A DNA stretch of 52,962 bases, filler included, from Circinaria calcarea (taxonomy: Eukaryota): the NCBI GenBank assembly GCA_051942165.1. It is 4 parts of 4 records of this genome, joined end to end, with 100 filler letters (N's around TTAATTAATTAA, not from the genome) between each part and the next. Parts side by side here need not be neighbours in the genome. Positions count along the whole stretch, not along the records: positions 39,822 to 52,962 come from JAVECS010000523.1; 3 more parts are not named here. One strand, written 5' to 3'. The notes under the pieces were generated by a model. The model was given only the letters and a program-made list of their open reading frames with translations, was not told the origin of the DNA and did not search any database. The position numbers were made by a program, and so were the translations under genes. The number at the start of each line of letters is the position of its first letter. Position 1 is the first letter of the stretch. Positions 40,493 through 50,527 of this stretch are shown here, piece by piece.

Positions 40493-41519
40493 GTTGTAGT
40501 CGCCCACTCAACGGCTGAGCGGAGTTTCAGGAGCAGGAGAAGGCTCTTTGGAGAAGTAGAGTTCCGATCGTTGAGGGAGTCTCAGTGGAAACAGCAACGT
40601 GCAGACATTATCGAGTTCGTGGAATATCTATCTGTTTGCGCCGCGAGATAGCCACATTTCAAACAAGCCGATTGCCTAAGTCCCAGAAGACTCGAGGAAA
40701 GATAAAACGTTCACATGTAGTCCTGTGGTACGTGTCGGGATTCCGTTGTTCTAATTTCAATGTGCCTGCAGCACACGGTGGATGAGAAGCAGGGCCGCCA
40801 AACGAAACGGAAGCCTTATATGGTATGCCTCGCGCACCACCTATGGTAAGCGAAGACACCTTAAAAAATCAACTTGTAATAAACATCAGTTTCGCCTCTA
40901 CCCTCAAGTATCATTTTATCATAACTATCGTACAATTACTTTAAGCCCACACCAGATCTAACACGGAGACTTCAGTCACAAATAACCACACACGAAACTT
41001 TTGCGTTGCTCATTTCCCTCTTGCGCCATCCCACTTTGTTACATAACGGCGCATAGCCGTGGCACGTAAAGGTGAGATTAATTAATATTCATCTACACTC
41101 CGTTTAATTCGTCGCCTTGTTCTTTTATACGCCTCCCCCCCCCCCCACCACACTCTGAGCCATATTTTCAATTTCTACCTTGACATCTGATATGTGCCAG
41201 TCGAGACTGCAGGTCTCTAACAACCTTCAGTATAACGGCATCACCATTGAAACCTCCATATCTGCCGATGTCCTATACTGGTTGTTGGAAATATTTGCAG
41301 TGTCGGTGGCCTTACATAGTTGTATCTTGTTAGTATTAGATACTGTTTGTGATTGCAAACTGTATATATAAAGCATAGAGTTGCTATCAAACTCACAATT
41401 CCATCTCTCATCACAACTCGATTCTATCCTACCAAATTCAGTACTCGTTTAACTAGGTATTGCTGGCAATACCGTCTACAAACTTATAAATATCCTCCAT
41501 TCATTACAAACTCAATATT

Positions 41520-42908
41520 ATGAAGCTTCACGTGTCTCTTTCTTTACTCTTTTTCTTATTCGTATCCGCTCTTGCGCTCCCAGCACCTCCTGGCGAGTCA
41601 AAAAGCAAGCAGTTAAAGACAAGGGCAAGGGCAGGGCCTCACCTTCTCCTCCTCCTGGACCCCCTCTGCCGGGTCGAAGTGGTGTACACACAGAAAACGG
41701 AATATCGAATGCTTATTACGGAGACGACCGGCTTCCTGGCCACATGCGACATCTTGACCGAAATCAGGAAAAATTCCCCCAAAACAAAGGCTCCTTCGAC
41801 CTCGCTGATAATAATGATAGAAACAGAGTCAATGCTTTAAAGGGTATAGAGAGGGAAAAGAAGCATCCAGTAACCGGAGAGGACTTGGATAGGGATGAGA
41901 AACCTCCCAATATGTTTCGCATTCCCAATCGTGAAGGGAGGACCACTGTCGAATATCGACCGAAGTCAGAATCGAGGGGTAAAAGTATGACTTTCTATGA
42001 CTAGTAGCAATGGTAACTGTATAACTAATTCAGGTATGAAATCAGATTCCGAAGGAGTTCTGCTGGGTGAATTAAGGAGAACAATGGAAGGACAAAATAC
42101 AAGAGGTCAACTGGTACCCAACCCTGGGTGGCTTCGCCTCGATCCTAATCAACAAAGAGCTCACTCGTCGGATCCAAAGTTCCGATCGAATAGCTTATAT
42201 CAAAGCGGGCATAGACCGAACCCCACTTCCGGTCAACACCGTCCACTATCACCAAAGCCCCATGCCCCGGCGCACCAACCAAAACCTGCTCCGGTAATGA
42301 AAAAACCCTCGAGTTCCTCGCAAAGGCAACCAAAACCTCCACCACCTCCCACACAGATGACTCTACGACAAAGACCTCAGCGATCAAACGCTCGGCCGAA
42401 CACACCACCGCCACAACAACACCGAGGACCCCCCGGAGGTACTTCTTTTCTTTCAAAGGGCACCCCGGCCAGGCCAGCGGGTCCTCCCTGGCGCCCTACC
42501 AAAAACAACGATAAGGCTCCACTTTTCAGAGCCCCCCCGCGTCCAGACAATCCGCAGAACAGACAACCCTCACGACCTCAGAACCACGACGCGTTGATCC
42601 GGCAGCAGAACCAAGCCCAGCCACGACCTCCACCATCTACGAACCGCCCTCCCGGTCAGAGTCGCCCACAGTCCGCCACTCCCCGTCTTCCAACCAGCCA
42701 GTCTCGTCTTCCAACCAGCCAGTCCCGTATTCCAACCGGCCCGTCCCGTATTCTAACCGGCCCGTCCCGTATTCAAACCGGCCCGTCCCGTATTCCACGC
42801 CCTGTCAACCCCCCAGCCGGCGTCCGCCCTCGCCCTGATAGTCGGCAATCACCCCCAGGAGGGCCTTCGTCTCTGGGCCATCGCCGCCTGGATCACCAAA
42901 CCCATTAG
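41520..42908 (+). CDS. Secreted protein with NucA/NucB-like nuclease domain and Pro/Arg/Gln-rich tail (one-base frameshift at A5 run 41600-41604)
   Basis: Signal peptide MKLHVSLSLLFFLFVSALA-LP. Adding one A joins it to KQAVKDKGKGRASP...AYYGDDRLPGHMRHLDRN...NRVNALKGI...LDRDEKPPNMF...TTVEYRPKSESR. An intron (41979 or 41985 to 42045, CTAAT branch) then leads to SEGVLLGEL and the low-complexity tail. Confidence 0.7.
42684..42797 (+). repeat. 21-bp coding minisatellite, ~5.4 copies (R-[LI]-[PLQ]-T-[SG]-[QP]-S)
   Basis: cgtcttccaaccagccagtcY x2 followed by cgtattcNaaccggcccgtcc x3, read directly. Confidence 0.9.
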
Positions 42909-44069
42909 GGTAACAGCAAATGCCGCAAACCCCGGCCCATAGGCGTCCTCCTCCTGCATCACACAATGCACCGGCGACACCACAATCAAAACCCGGCCAG
43001 CCACCCAGCGGGCCTTCAATGAAAAACCCCTTTGGTGGCGCATCCAAGAAAGGAGGGGGGAAAAGCTGAAAAAAAGGGCGGCGTTTTGGTTATTAGCTGC
43101 CCAGGGCGATGAATAGATTTCGGTAATTTTAAAAATGGAATCCATGATTTTGATTACCGAAAGAAAACGGGGTGAGACGGAACATTAGCAACTGAATCAC
43201 ATATAGTTAATCGTTTTTACTCGTGTTGTTCTTGAGTGATAGTTCCAAATGTGCATGCGGCAAGAGCCCTCCCCCCCGGAACAATTTAAAACGAAAAGCG
43301 ATGAACTCTCAGACGGTGATGCACTACCGACTTGTGGGGGAAAAGGAAAAACGAGAGTAGGTGTAGTTGGGAGTAAGGGGAAGCAGGGCGGAGGCCCTGG
43401 AAGGAGCATAGAAATGAAGAGAGGGTTGGGGATTGTGTGAGAAAGGTTTGGGATGGGCATTCATGGGGAGGGGAAAAGAGGAAGGTGAAAATGTGGGGGG
43501 GAGGTCCTCCGTATATAAAGGGTCGGTGGAGTTGTGAAGGTCTGGTGACGAGGACTTTCATACCCAAGTAGAACCGGTGTGAATGCTTGACTGAATAAGA
43601 GTTTGCGAAGACGGTATAAAAGAAGTGCGTTAGTGCCATGGTTCCCATTCGGTCTCATTCGCGCTTTGTACCGATTTCCTTCTTACCGTACTCCTTTCCC
43701 TGTTTTAACTGATCTACCTATCTACTAACTCTTGGCATAACCAGAAAAACAGTCATCACCGCCATGGGTGCCCCAGAAACGATTTGCCTGATAGAAATGG
43801 TCGACGATCCCCTCGGGGTGCCTAGTCACTCTTGACCAGCGTCTAGAATAAACCATACCACACCAGACTGATACCACTTTGATGCAGACTAGATAGACCG
43901 AGATCCGTGTGATTTTGTTTGGTCAGTCGAGAAGGTTAATCTTAGCCAGGAGCGTGAGCCGCCTATCTGCATTCTCCACTATGTGATGCAGTCATCCAAA
44001 CGAGAAGGGGTTGTCGGGTACATATATGGCGGTCCTGTACGTACCACGATCATCCCCTAGTATAGGAAC

Positions 44070-46399
44070 TTATGGTGGTTGATGAGAATATTGATGAATT
44101 CGGTGGTCGGGCGACGTTGGAATACTAGGAATAATGGGCATGTTACTCCCAGAGTTACTCCCAGAGTTACTCCCAGAGTTACTCCCAGAGTTACTCCCAG
44201 AGTTACTCCCAGAGTTACTCCTAAAGTTATTCCCAGAGTTACTCCCAAAGTCATTCCTAGAGTTAGACAAGCCCTGTATACGGAGGATTTCTGCCTCGTA
44301 TCGTCTTCTCCGGTTTCTCTCAATCTCCTGTTCGGCTGCAGTCGTCTGGCTGCCGCCAAATCCGAAGTTGTGGTTCCAGAGGTCACGACGGCGACGTTCT
44401 TCAGCGTGGAGCGTTTGAAGATATGATGGGTTTTGGTTCGGGCTATTGCTACCTACTAGACGTTAGTATTGACATTTAGAATTGGCTGAGAAACAGACTG
44501 CCAGTTCTGTGTTTGAACTTCGTTAGGACCTTGTCGCATCTCTTTTGCCACTCCTTGTGGAAACTAAAAGGGGCTAGCTCGATCGAGTCGCTTTCAAAGG
44601 ACAATGTCACTATAGAAGACTGGTGCTCTTCAAAAACATTATAATCCCAGAGAAAGTCTTCTCCGAGTATAACATCAGAGCAGCAATTCTCAAGTATCTC
44701 AAAAGTTAAAGGGATCCGCTCGCCAGACGCAAAAGTCCAATGCGTACTGACTTGCCCGACCGTCTTTTGAATACTACCATCTGCGAATTGTAGGTAGTTA
44801 TAATGTTCTGGTCCAATTTGGATATCAAAGCCATGGTCCATTGCATACCTGTAAAACTCAATAATTAGCCGAGTTTATAGCTGCGTGAAGCGCAAGAGCA
44901 TATATTAAGAGTCCTCAAACACAGCATAATTAATTATAAGGTTGCGAACGCACAAATCTGAATTAGAGCAGAGTATTATATTAGTGTCTAAAAAAGCGGA
45001 TAAATTCTGGAAGTGATAAGGGGCAGGCCAAGTCAACCTACTGCATATTCATCACATTTCGCTCTGCACCTGTATCAGGAGAAGCAAGCACTGTTTGTGT
45101 ATCCCCGAGTGTGCCCTCTAGAAACTGGTAGTTGTTATCCAAAAAGTTAAAGTGAAATACATTGACTACAGAGAAAATACATTCAGTTACACGCTGTCGA
45201 TGTTTAGACATTGTTTCAGTAGCCGTTAGGAATCCACTACCAAGGATTAGGTCGTACGTGCATTGCGGAAGTACGTGGCAAATGATATTGAAGGTCTCTG
45301 CGGGATTCTCTGCGAACGCCCAGAGCATATTTGTCGTGCCTGTAAGTAGTTATGAATCAGCGTTTCGAGATTTTTCTAAACGTGACATTGACCTGGCTAC
45401 CTATAGACTGAATCTTCTTCGAGTTTCCAATCTTTATTGAAGAAGGTGAGACTTCTATCTCAAGACCGGCTTCTTTGGCATAATCTGCCGACATGAAATT
45501 ATGCTTCGCACCGGTGTCGGCTAATGCCGATTTCTTAGAGCCATTTACAAAGCCTGAAAGACCTCTTTTGATTTTGGATATCTGATTCCGGACGCCGGTA
45601 CCCAGGCGGAGGGCGTGAATCCCATGTTTCCACATTCTCGGGGGTAATGAATATTTGGCTGCCAGTCGACGTGCGGCTGGACTAGCAGAAGGATGCTGAG
45701 ACACAAGGGAAAAATCATGGTGTTCTTGAAGTAAAGTCTGATGTAGAGCCATCAACGTTTGCCACTTTTCTTGTGTTTGATATATACGATTTCTATCTTG
45801 TGTAGCTGCAGACTGCTTCACATCGATGTCGATACATTTGGCTTCGACCACGAACAAGTCAGTATAAATGACTTTAACTTCAGCAACCAATTGTTCATGA
45901 GAGATGGGATGGTTTTCAGGCTCTAATAATAGTTCCGGCTCAGGATCAAAACGGGTACTGTGAATCGATTCCTCATCATGCTGATACAATCGATCTGATT
46001 TGACCGCACCGCTTTTAGAATGTGATGACTTAGTTCTGGTAGACCGCTGTTGATGAAGCCGCAAGTCCCACTTGCTCAAAGAAGAAGCGGGCCGTACAGC
46101 AGCCAGACGACCAAGGACGCTTTTGGGTCCCTCGGTTGATCCGCGAAAGGACTCATTTGTCGGTAGATTGTATCTAACAACGTTATAAAGATTAACTACG
46201 CGGACAGAGGTTTAAGTCGGAGGTGCCGTGAGGCAATGACTAACTCCTTGAGCTCCAGGAACATATCAGCATCTTGAGGCTGCTGCTGAGCAATATCCAC
46301 AGTAAGTTCGCCCCCTACATCATTGAAGTAGGTATCAGAGTCGCATGCTGCCAGCATGGAAGACGGGAGGCCTTTGCCGAGCTGGACTGCAGGATCCAT
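44070..46399 (-). CDS. Tandem double retropepsin-like aspartic protease with N-terminal Est1/SMG7-like fragment and N/S/G-rich tail (start exon uncertain)
   Basis: Exons ~46200-45401, 45339-45042, 44848-44499, 44452-44070 splice in frame. Domain 1 is ALADTGAKHNFMS...DLILGSGFL (DTG 45518-45510) and domain 2 is ASPDTGAERNVM...FADGS...DVILGEDFL (DTG 45076-45068). I could not fit the link to the ATG at 46399 with a clean intron. Confidence 0.75.
44142..44265. repeat. 12-bp minisatellite (GTTACTCCCAGA)n, ~6 perfect plus ~4 degenerate copies
   Basis: Read directly. It lies in the last exon of the protease gene, encoding (GSNS)n, and explains the four spurious overlapping ORFs there. Confidence 0.92.
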
Positions 46400-46779
46400 A
46401 ATGAGCCTGCAAGCTCTGAGAGGGTTGTGAAACTAGACAATGTATATGAATAAAGGCTGGAGAGTGAGGATCAGATTTCCATCCTGCGACTCCCTCCTTT
46501 GGGTCCGAAGGATTGAGACTCAAGGAAAAAAAGCGTCTTGCGCTGGTAGAAAAGCAGTCTGAAGGGAGTGACAGCACTTTGGCAAGGGTATAGATAGGTA
46601 CTCAGCCCCACTTGGTCCTTTGGCTCATGAGCTTGCCCCGCCAAACCTCGATGCCTCAGGCACGCTGCTACTTTGAAGTGAGCAGCCTGCTGTCTGCTTG
46701 AGTCACTAATGATTATTCTACGTGTTCGATTTTAGATGAGTTTGGAGGCTTTTGGATTGCCATCCGCCTCCACTAGTAT

Positions 46780-47907
46780 ATGTTGCGGAATAGGCCAAAG
46801 GTAGTAGACATCGAGTTGGCCGAAGCGTCTGTTGCACCAGCGCGGCTTGATGGTTATCCATCTTTTGCGGATTTCATTGCGAAAGACCGCGACGCAGCAA
46901 TCTATCGCAAGTTTGAGCGCCTCAGCGCACGCAGTCTGCTCTACCAGCAGAGTGAACTTCACGAGCTCGAAAGACAGCTCGAGCAACTGGATTGGGAAGA
47001 TGCTACAGATATCGGCAACGAGGAAGCTCAACAAGCAGCGCGTTATTGGACAAACTTCATTCATGATACAAACGATAAAGCATATGCACGCCAGACTCTC
47101 CAAGGCACGATAAGAGTCAAACTCAAGGAATATCGTATGTGATAGAGAGCTTGTCTCGGAAGGGTCGCGCACATGTACTAAATGTTGGAGAACAGATGAA
47201 GCAATGCTCCTTGAGGCCAAAGTTCTCTCGCTAAATTCGCCTACCTCGCGCACATTGAGAGACTTCAGGAAGTGGTTCGTGTCGAATTCAGTACCCGTAC
47301 TATGGGGCCGAGACAAGGACCTTTACAAGAACGAGCTAGATCTCGTGGCCCTTGCGCCAGTCGACTCAGACCGGTTGAATAACTTTCTGAAGAGGTTCTT
47401 TGGCTGGATTTTCAAAGTACGTGACGTTCATATGGGCGACAACCTCCCCTTCGCGGAGGGAGAATGAGCTCAGACATTGGCTGTGATCTCTAGCTAAGCT
47501 CATATCAGGAGAGACGTGAGGATCTCCCGCATGGAGGCGACCTGTTCTACTTCCCAGAACGGCGGATACAGCGCGCTGGTGCTGCCATCTCTGCCATCTT
47601 AAGTGCCATACTCTTGATTGGTGCTATTGTGTGCCTACTCGGAGTATCGAACAAAGGCATTGGCATCCGCACGGGGATGATTGTACTCTTTACCTGTCTG
47701 TTTGCCGCTGTGGTTGGGCTTCTCACCAATGCACGAAGAGCGGAGATTTTCGGATCAACGGCGGCGTAAGTCATCCCCAATCGGCAATGTAATTTGCAGT
47801 GGCTGTCTATATTGTCAGTACTGACGTTGCCTGGGTATAGGTACGCTGCTGTCCTCGTCGTGTTTGTAAGTACCAATATTGGGAGCAGGCCTATGACACC
47901 ACCGTAA
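46780..47907 (+). CDS. DUF6594 family membrane protein, 4 exons
   Basis: GYPSFADFIAKDRDAAIYRKFERLSARSLLYQQSELHELERQLEQLD, IRVKLKEY|HEAMLL, DLVAL...DRL, about three C-terminal hydrophobic helices ending ARRAEIFGSTAAYAAVLVVFVS. Exons 46780-47134, 47196-47416, 47509-47765, 47841-47907. Confidence 0.85.
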
Positions 47908-48598
47908 GCTACTAAAGCTCTCCTCCATATAACGAGAGTAAGCACGAGAGCGACCCGGCCTCTTTGATATTTAGGACACGCATAGAAAAATAGGGATGTC
48001 TTCGTTGATTATACTACCCGGGCGACATGCTTGAAAGCCTTTCCAAGTGGGCCACTCCTCTCCACAGTAATGCCAGGTTTCTAACTTGGAAAGCACCAAT
48101 AAATATTTCAGTTAGGTGCCAATGGAGGTCAATATTGCTAGGAGCTGTAGTAGAGTCCTCTAATGCCTTCCTCCTAAAGAGCAATGAAGGAGGTTCGGAT
48201 GTAGTAGAATAATGAATCTACGGTCCATATACTCCTCCTTGTCGTAATGATTGCCACACTCTGTAGTAGGTTACATTTGGTCCACCATATATGGGGAGGG
48301 TGGATATATCATAACGAGGAACAAGTACGGATACGCAGAGGAAATTTACTGTCACTGACCTTTGCAGTCCGAATACTTGACGCTAATTATAACACGCGGC
48401 GCCCTCTGACGGTAAAAGCCTTTTTTTCTTTGCCGCAATACTTCTCCACTTCCAATACGGTATCGAAACCAGCTGAACGTCCAGCCTCGACCCTCATCGG
48501 CAACTTTACTGCGCCTGAACTAAGCGAATAGAAATCGTAGCGCTTCATATTACGATTCGAGTCAACGATACCGAGTACCATACAGAACATCGCCAAAC

Positions 48599-49540
48599 AT
48601 GGGACGCCTCGGTGATGCGTAAGCTGCCTGTACCATTGCGATACCCACCGCGTACTTCTAATCCAGATAGTAGTGATGTCCACGCTGCCTTTGTCGAATT
48701 CCGAGCCAAAGACACCGACAAGGTATGATTGCGACATCACCGGCAATCGACGTGATACTGACCGATCCACAGTGTCTTTCGGCGCAATGCATCTACTGCC
48801 AATCCGTGCGCGCCAAAAACACCAGTCGGCAACGTTCTCATCTCCTTGAATGTCCCAACTACCTTAACGCGATGAAGGAACATAACCCTCAAAATCCGAT
48901 CCTCGAACTGGCTGCCAATGGAACTCCGACGCCTGCTATGAAGACACCGAAGAAACGGGACCTGGATACGATGGTGAATGGCTTCCAAGGTGAATCGACC
49001 GGATCACGTTCCTTCCCTATCCCGAAGCCATCCCTCGAGCGGGATTTTCAAATGTGCCTTCAACTAAACCCTAATATTGCTGTCGGACCCGGTATATGGG
49101 GCCAAAGGAATTGGGTCAGCTTCATCTCGGGTCATTGGAACGGACGTTTCGGAAGAGGGACGGTGGTTGTAAGTGACCTGACCCCGACCATCAATACAGT
49201 TTACTGATTTGATCAGCCTGGCGGACAAGACAAACAACTGGTTGCGCCGGACCTCTCTACCCATATCGACACCAACTACCTTCTGCAAACCCATGATCAT
49301 CCTCCAGCCTACATTGCCGTTCGCACCGAAGGCTGGCGTGTCGGCCCGAGGGAGATCCTGGAGAAGCTCAACGACCCTGCACAATCAGATGAGGTCGATC
49401 CGAAGTCGTACTCGTTTAGACTCTATATCCATATGGAAACCGGCGATCAGCGATACCTACATCTTAATACCGGCATGTGGATTGGCAGTGGAATCCGTCG
49501 TGGCACGGAGGTTATCTATGATGCATACCGTGTTCTATGA
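48599..49540 (+). CDS. C2HC (BED-like) zinc finger fused to DUF3237/UPF0311 beta-barrel, 4 exons
   Basis: Exons 48599-48618, 48674-48722, 48773-49168, 49217-49540 give MGRLGDADVHAAFVEF...QCIYC...RAKNTSRQRSHLLECP, then VGPGIWGQRNWVSFISG...GTVV|PGGQD...YLLQTHD...FRLYIHMETGDQRYLHLNTGMWIGSG...VIYDAYRVL. Confidence 0.8.
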
Positions 49541-50527
49541 TGGATGAAGGTAGTCTTTTCGGGTAAGAATGCGTTTGCGAGGGCGTTATCTATACTAGTT
49601 GCCATGGCTTACTTTGCCTAATCCTGTTGCCTGTTACTTCTCTAGCTAGTACAAAATACCCCTTATAGCTAAGCGCTCCTTACCTATCTTTGACGCTCAA
49701 CATCTCTTTTCAACCAGATAGCAACGCCCATTTGATTTCCAAGCAACACGTCTTTTGTATTCTTATAGTTTCACCGGCTGAAATACATCTATAACAAATG
49801 TCTCCATCTTACAACCCAGCTTACATCTCTCCATCTTACCATTATCGGTTCCATTCAAGTTCTGCTCTATCCTCGAAAAAAGTTTTCAACAAGCCCGTCC
49901 CACCTCGTTCAAACCATGTCCCAACACCTCAGTGGCCCCTCAATCTGCATCTCTTCCCCCATTCCTAACTGTTCCCAAGTCTCACTTACATGTTATGCTC
50001 TCTGTCCGCCACTCGTTCAAAGGGCTGAAAACGGGCAAGACCCTAGGATAGGTTACCATCACTCTTGCAACTTACATGAACCTAGAAAGCTCGAAACGAT
50101 ATTAGACCGTTCGTGTACGGTGCGGGAGCATAGATCTAGATAATGAGAACATGGCACTATAAGCGGACTGAAGTTGGGTGGGACACTGCCTAGAGATGTA
50201 ATCCAAACCCTTAATCCCTGCATCAATCATAGCTTGCCTGAATCCGGACCATGAGTTCGTAAATACTAGGAACCTGTAATATGTGACGCTGACATGTGCC
50301 TCGAGTGTTTTTCATACCCACTTCATGTCACGGAGTAGAAATGGTCGGTTGCGCTACGGTAAGATAAGGATTAGCCGCGAACCGGCAGATCGGCGAGAAC
50401 GATGTCATAGGCTCAGGGGGCCTGTTCCTTGGCTGTATGTTTCGATTTACCCCTGTACTGGAATATCTCCGAGGTAAGTAAACATGGCTTCTGGCAGTCA
50501 CGGCCAGCACTGATCAACAACAGCAAT

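Noticed and set aside
43197..43830. Short ORFs between the nuclease-like and protease genes as an immunity or partner gene
   Set aside because: No consistent frame, splice pattern or motif, and the sequence is homopolymer-rich and possibly low quality.
44057..44426. ORFs with (VTLG)n, (PRVT)n and (PELL)n repeats, and the array as a possible CRISPR
   Set aside because: They are alternative frames of one 12-bp minisatellite with no spacers. Only the (GSNS)n frame splices to the protease gene.
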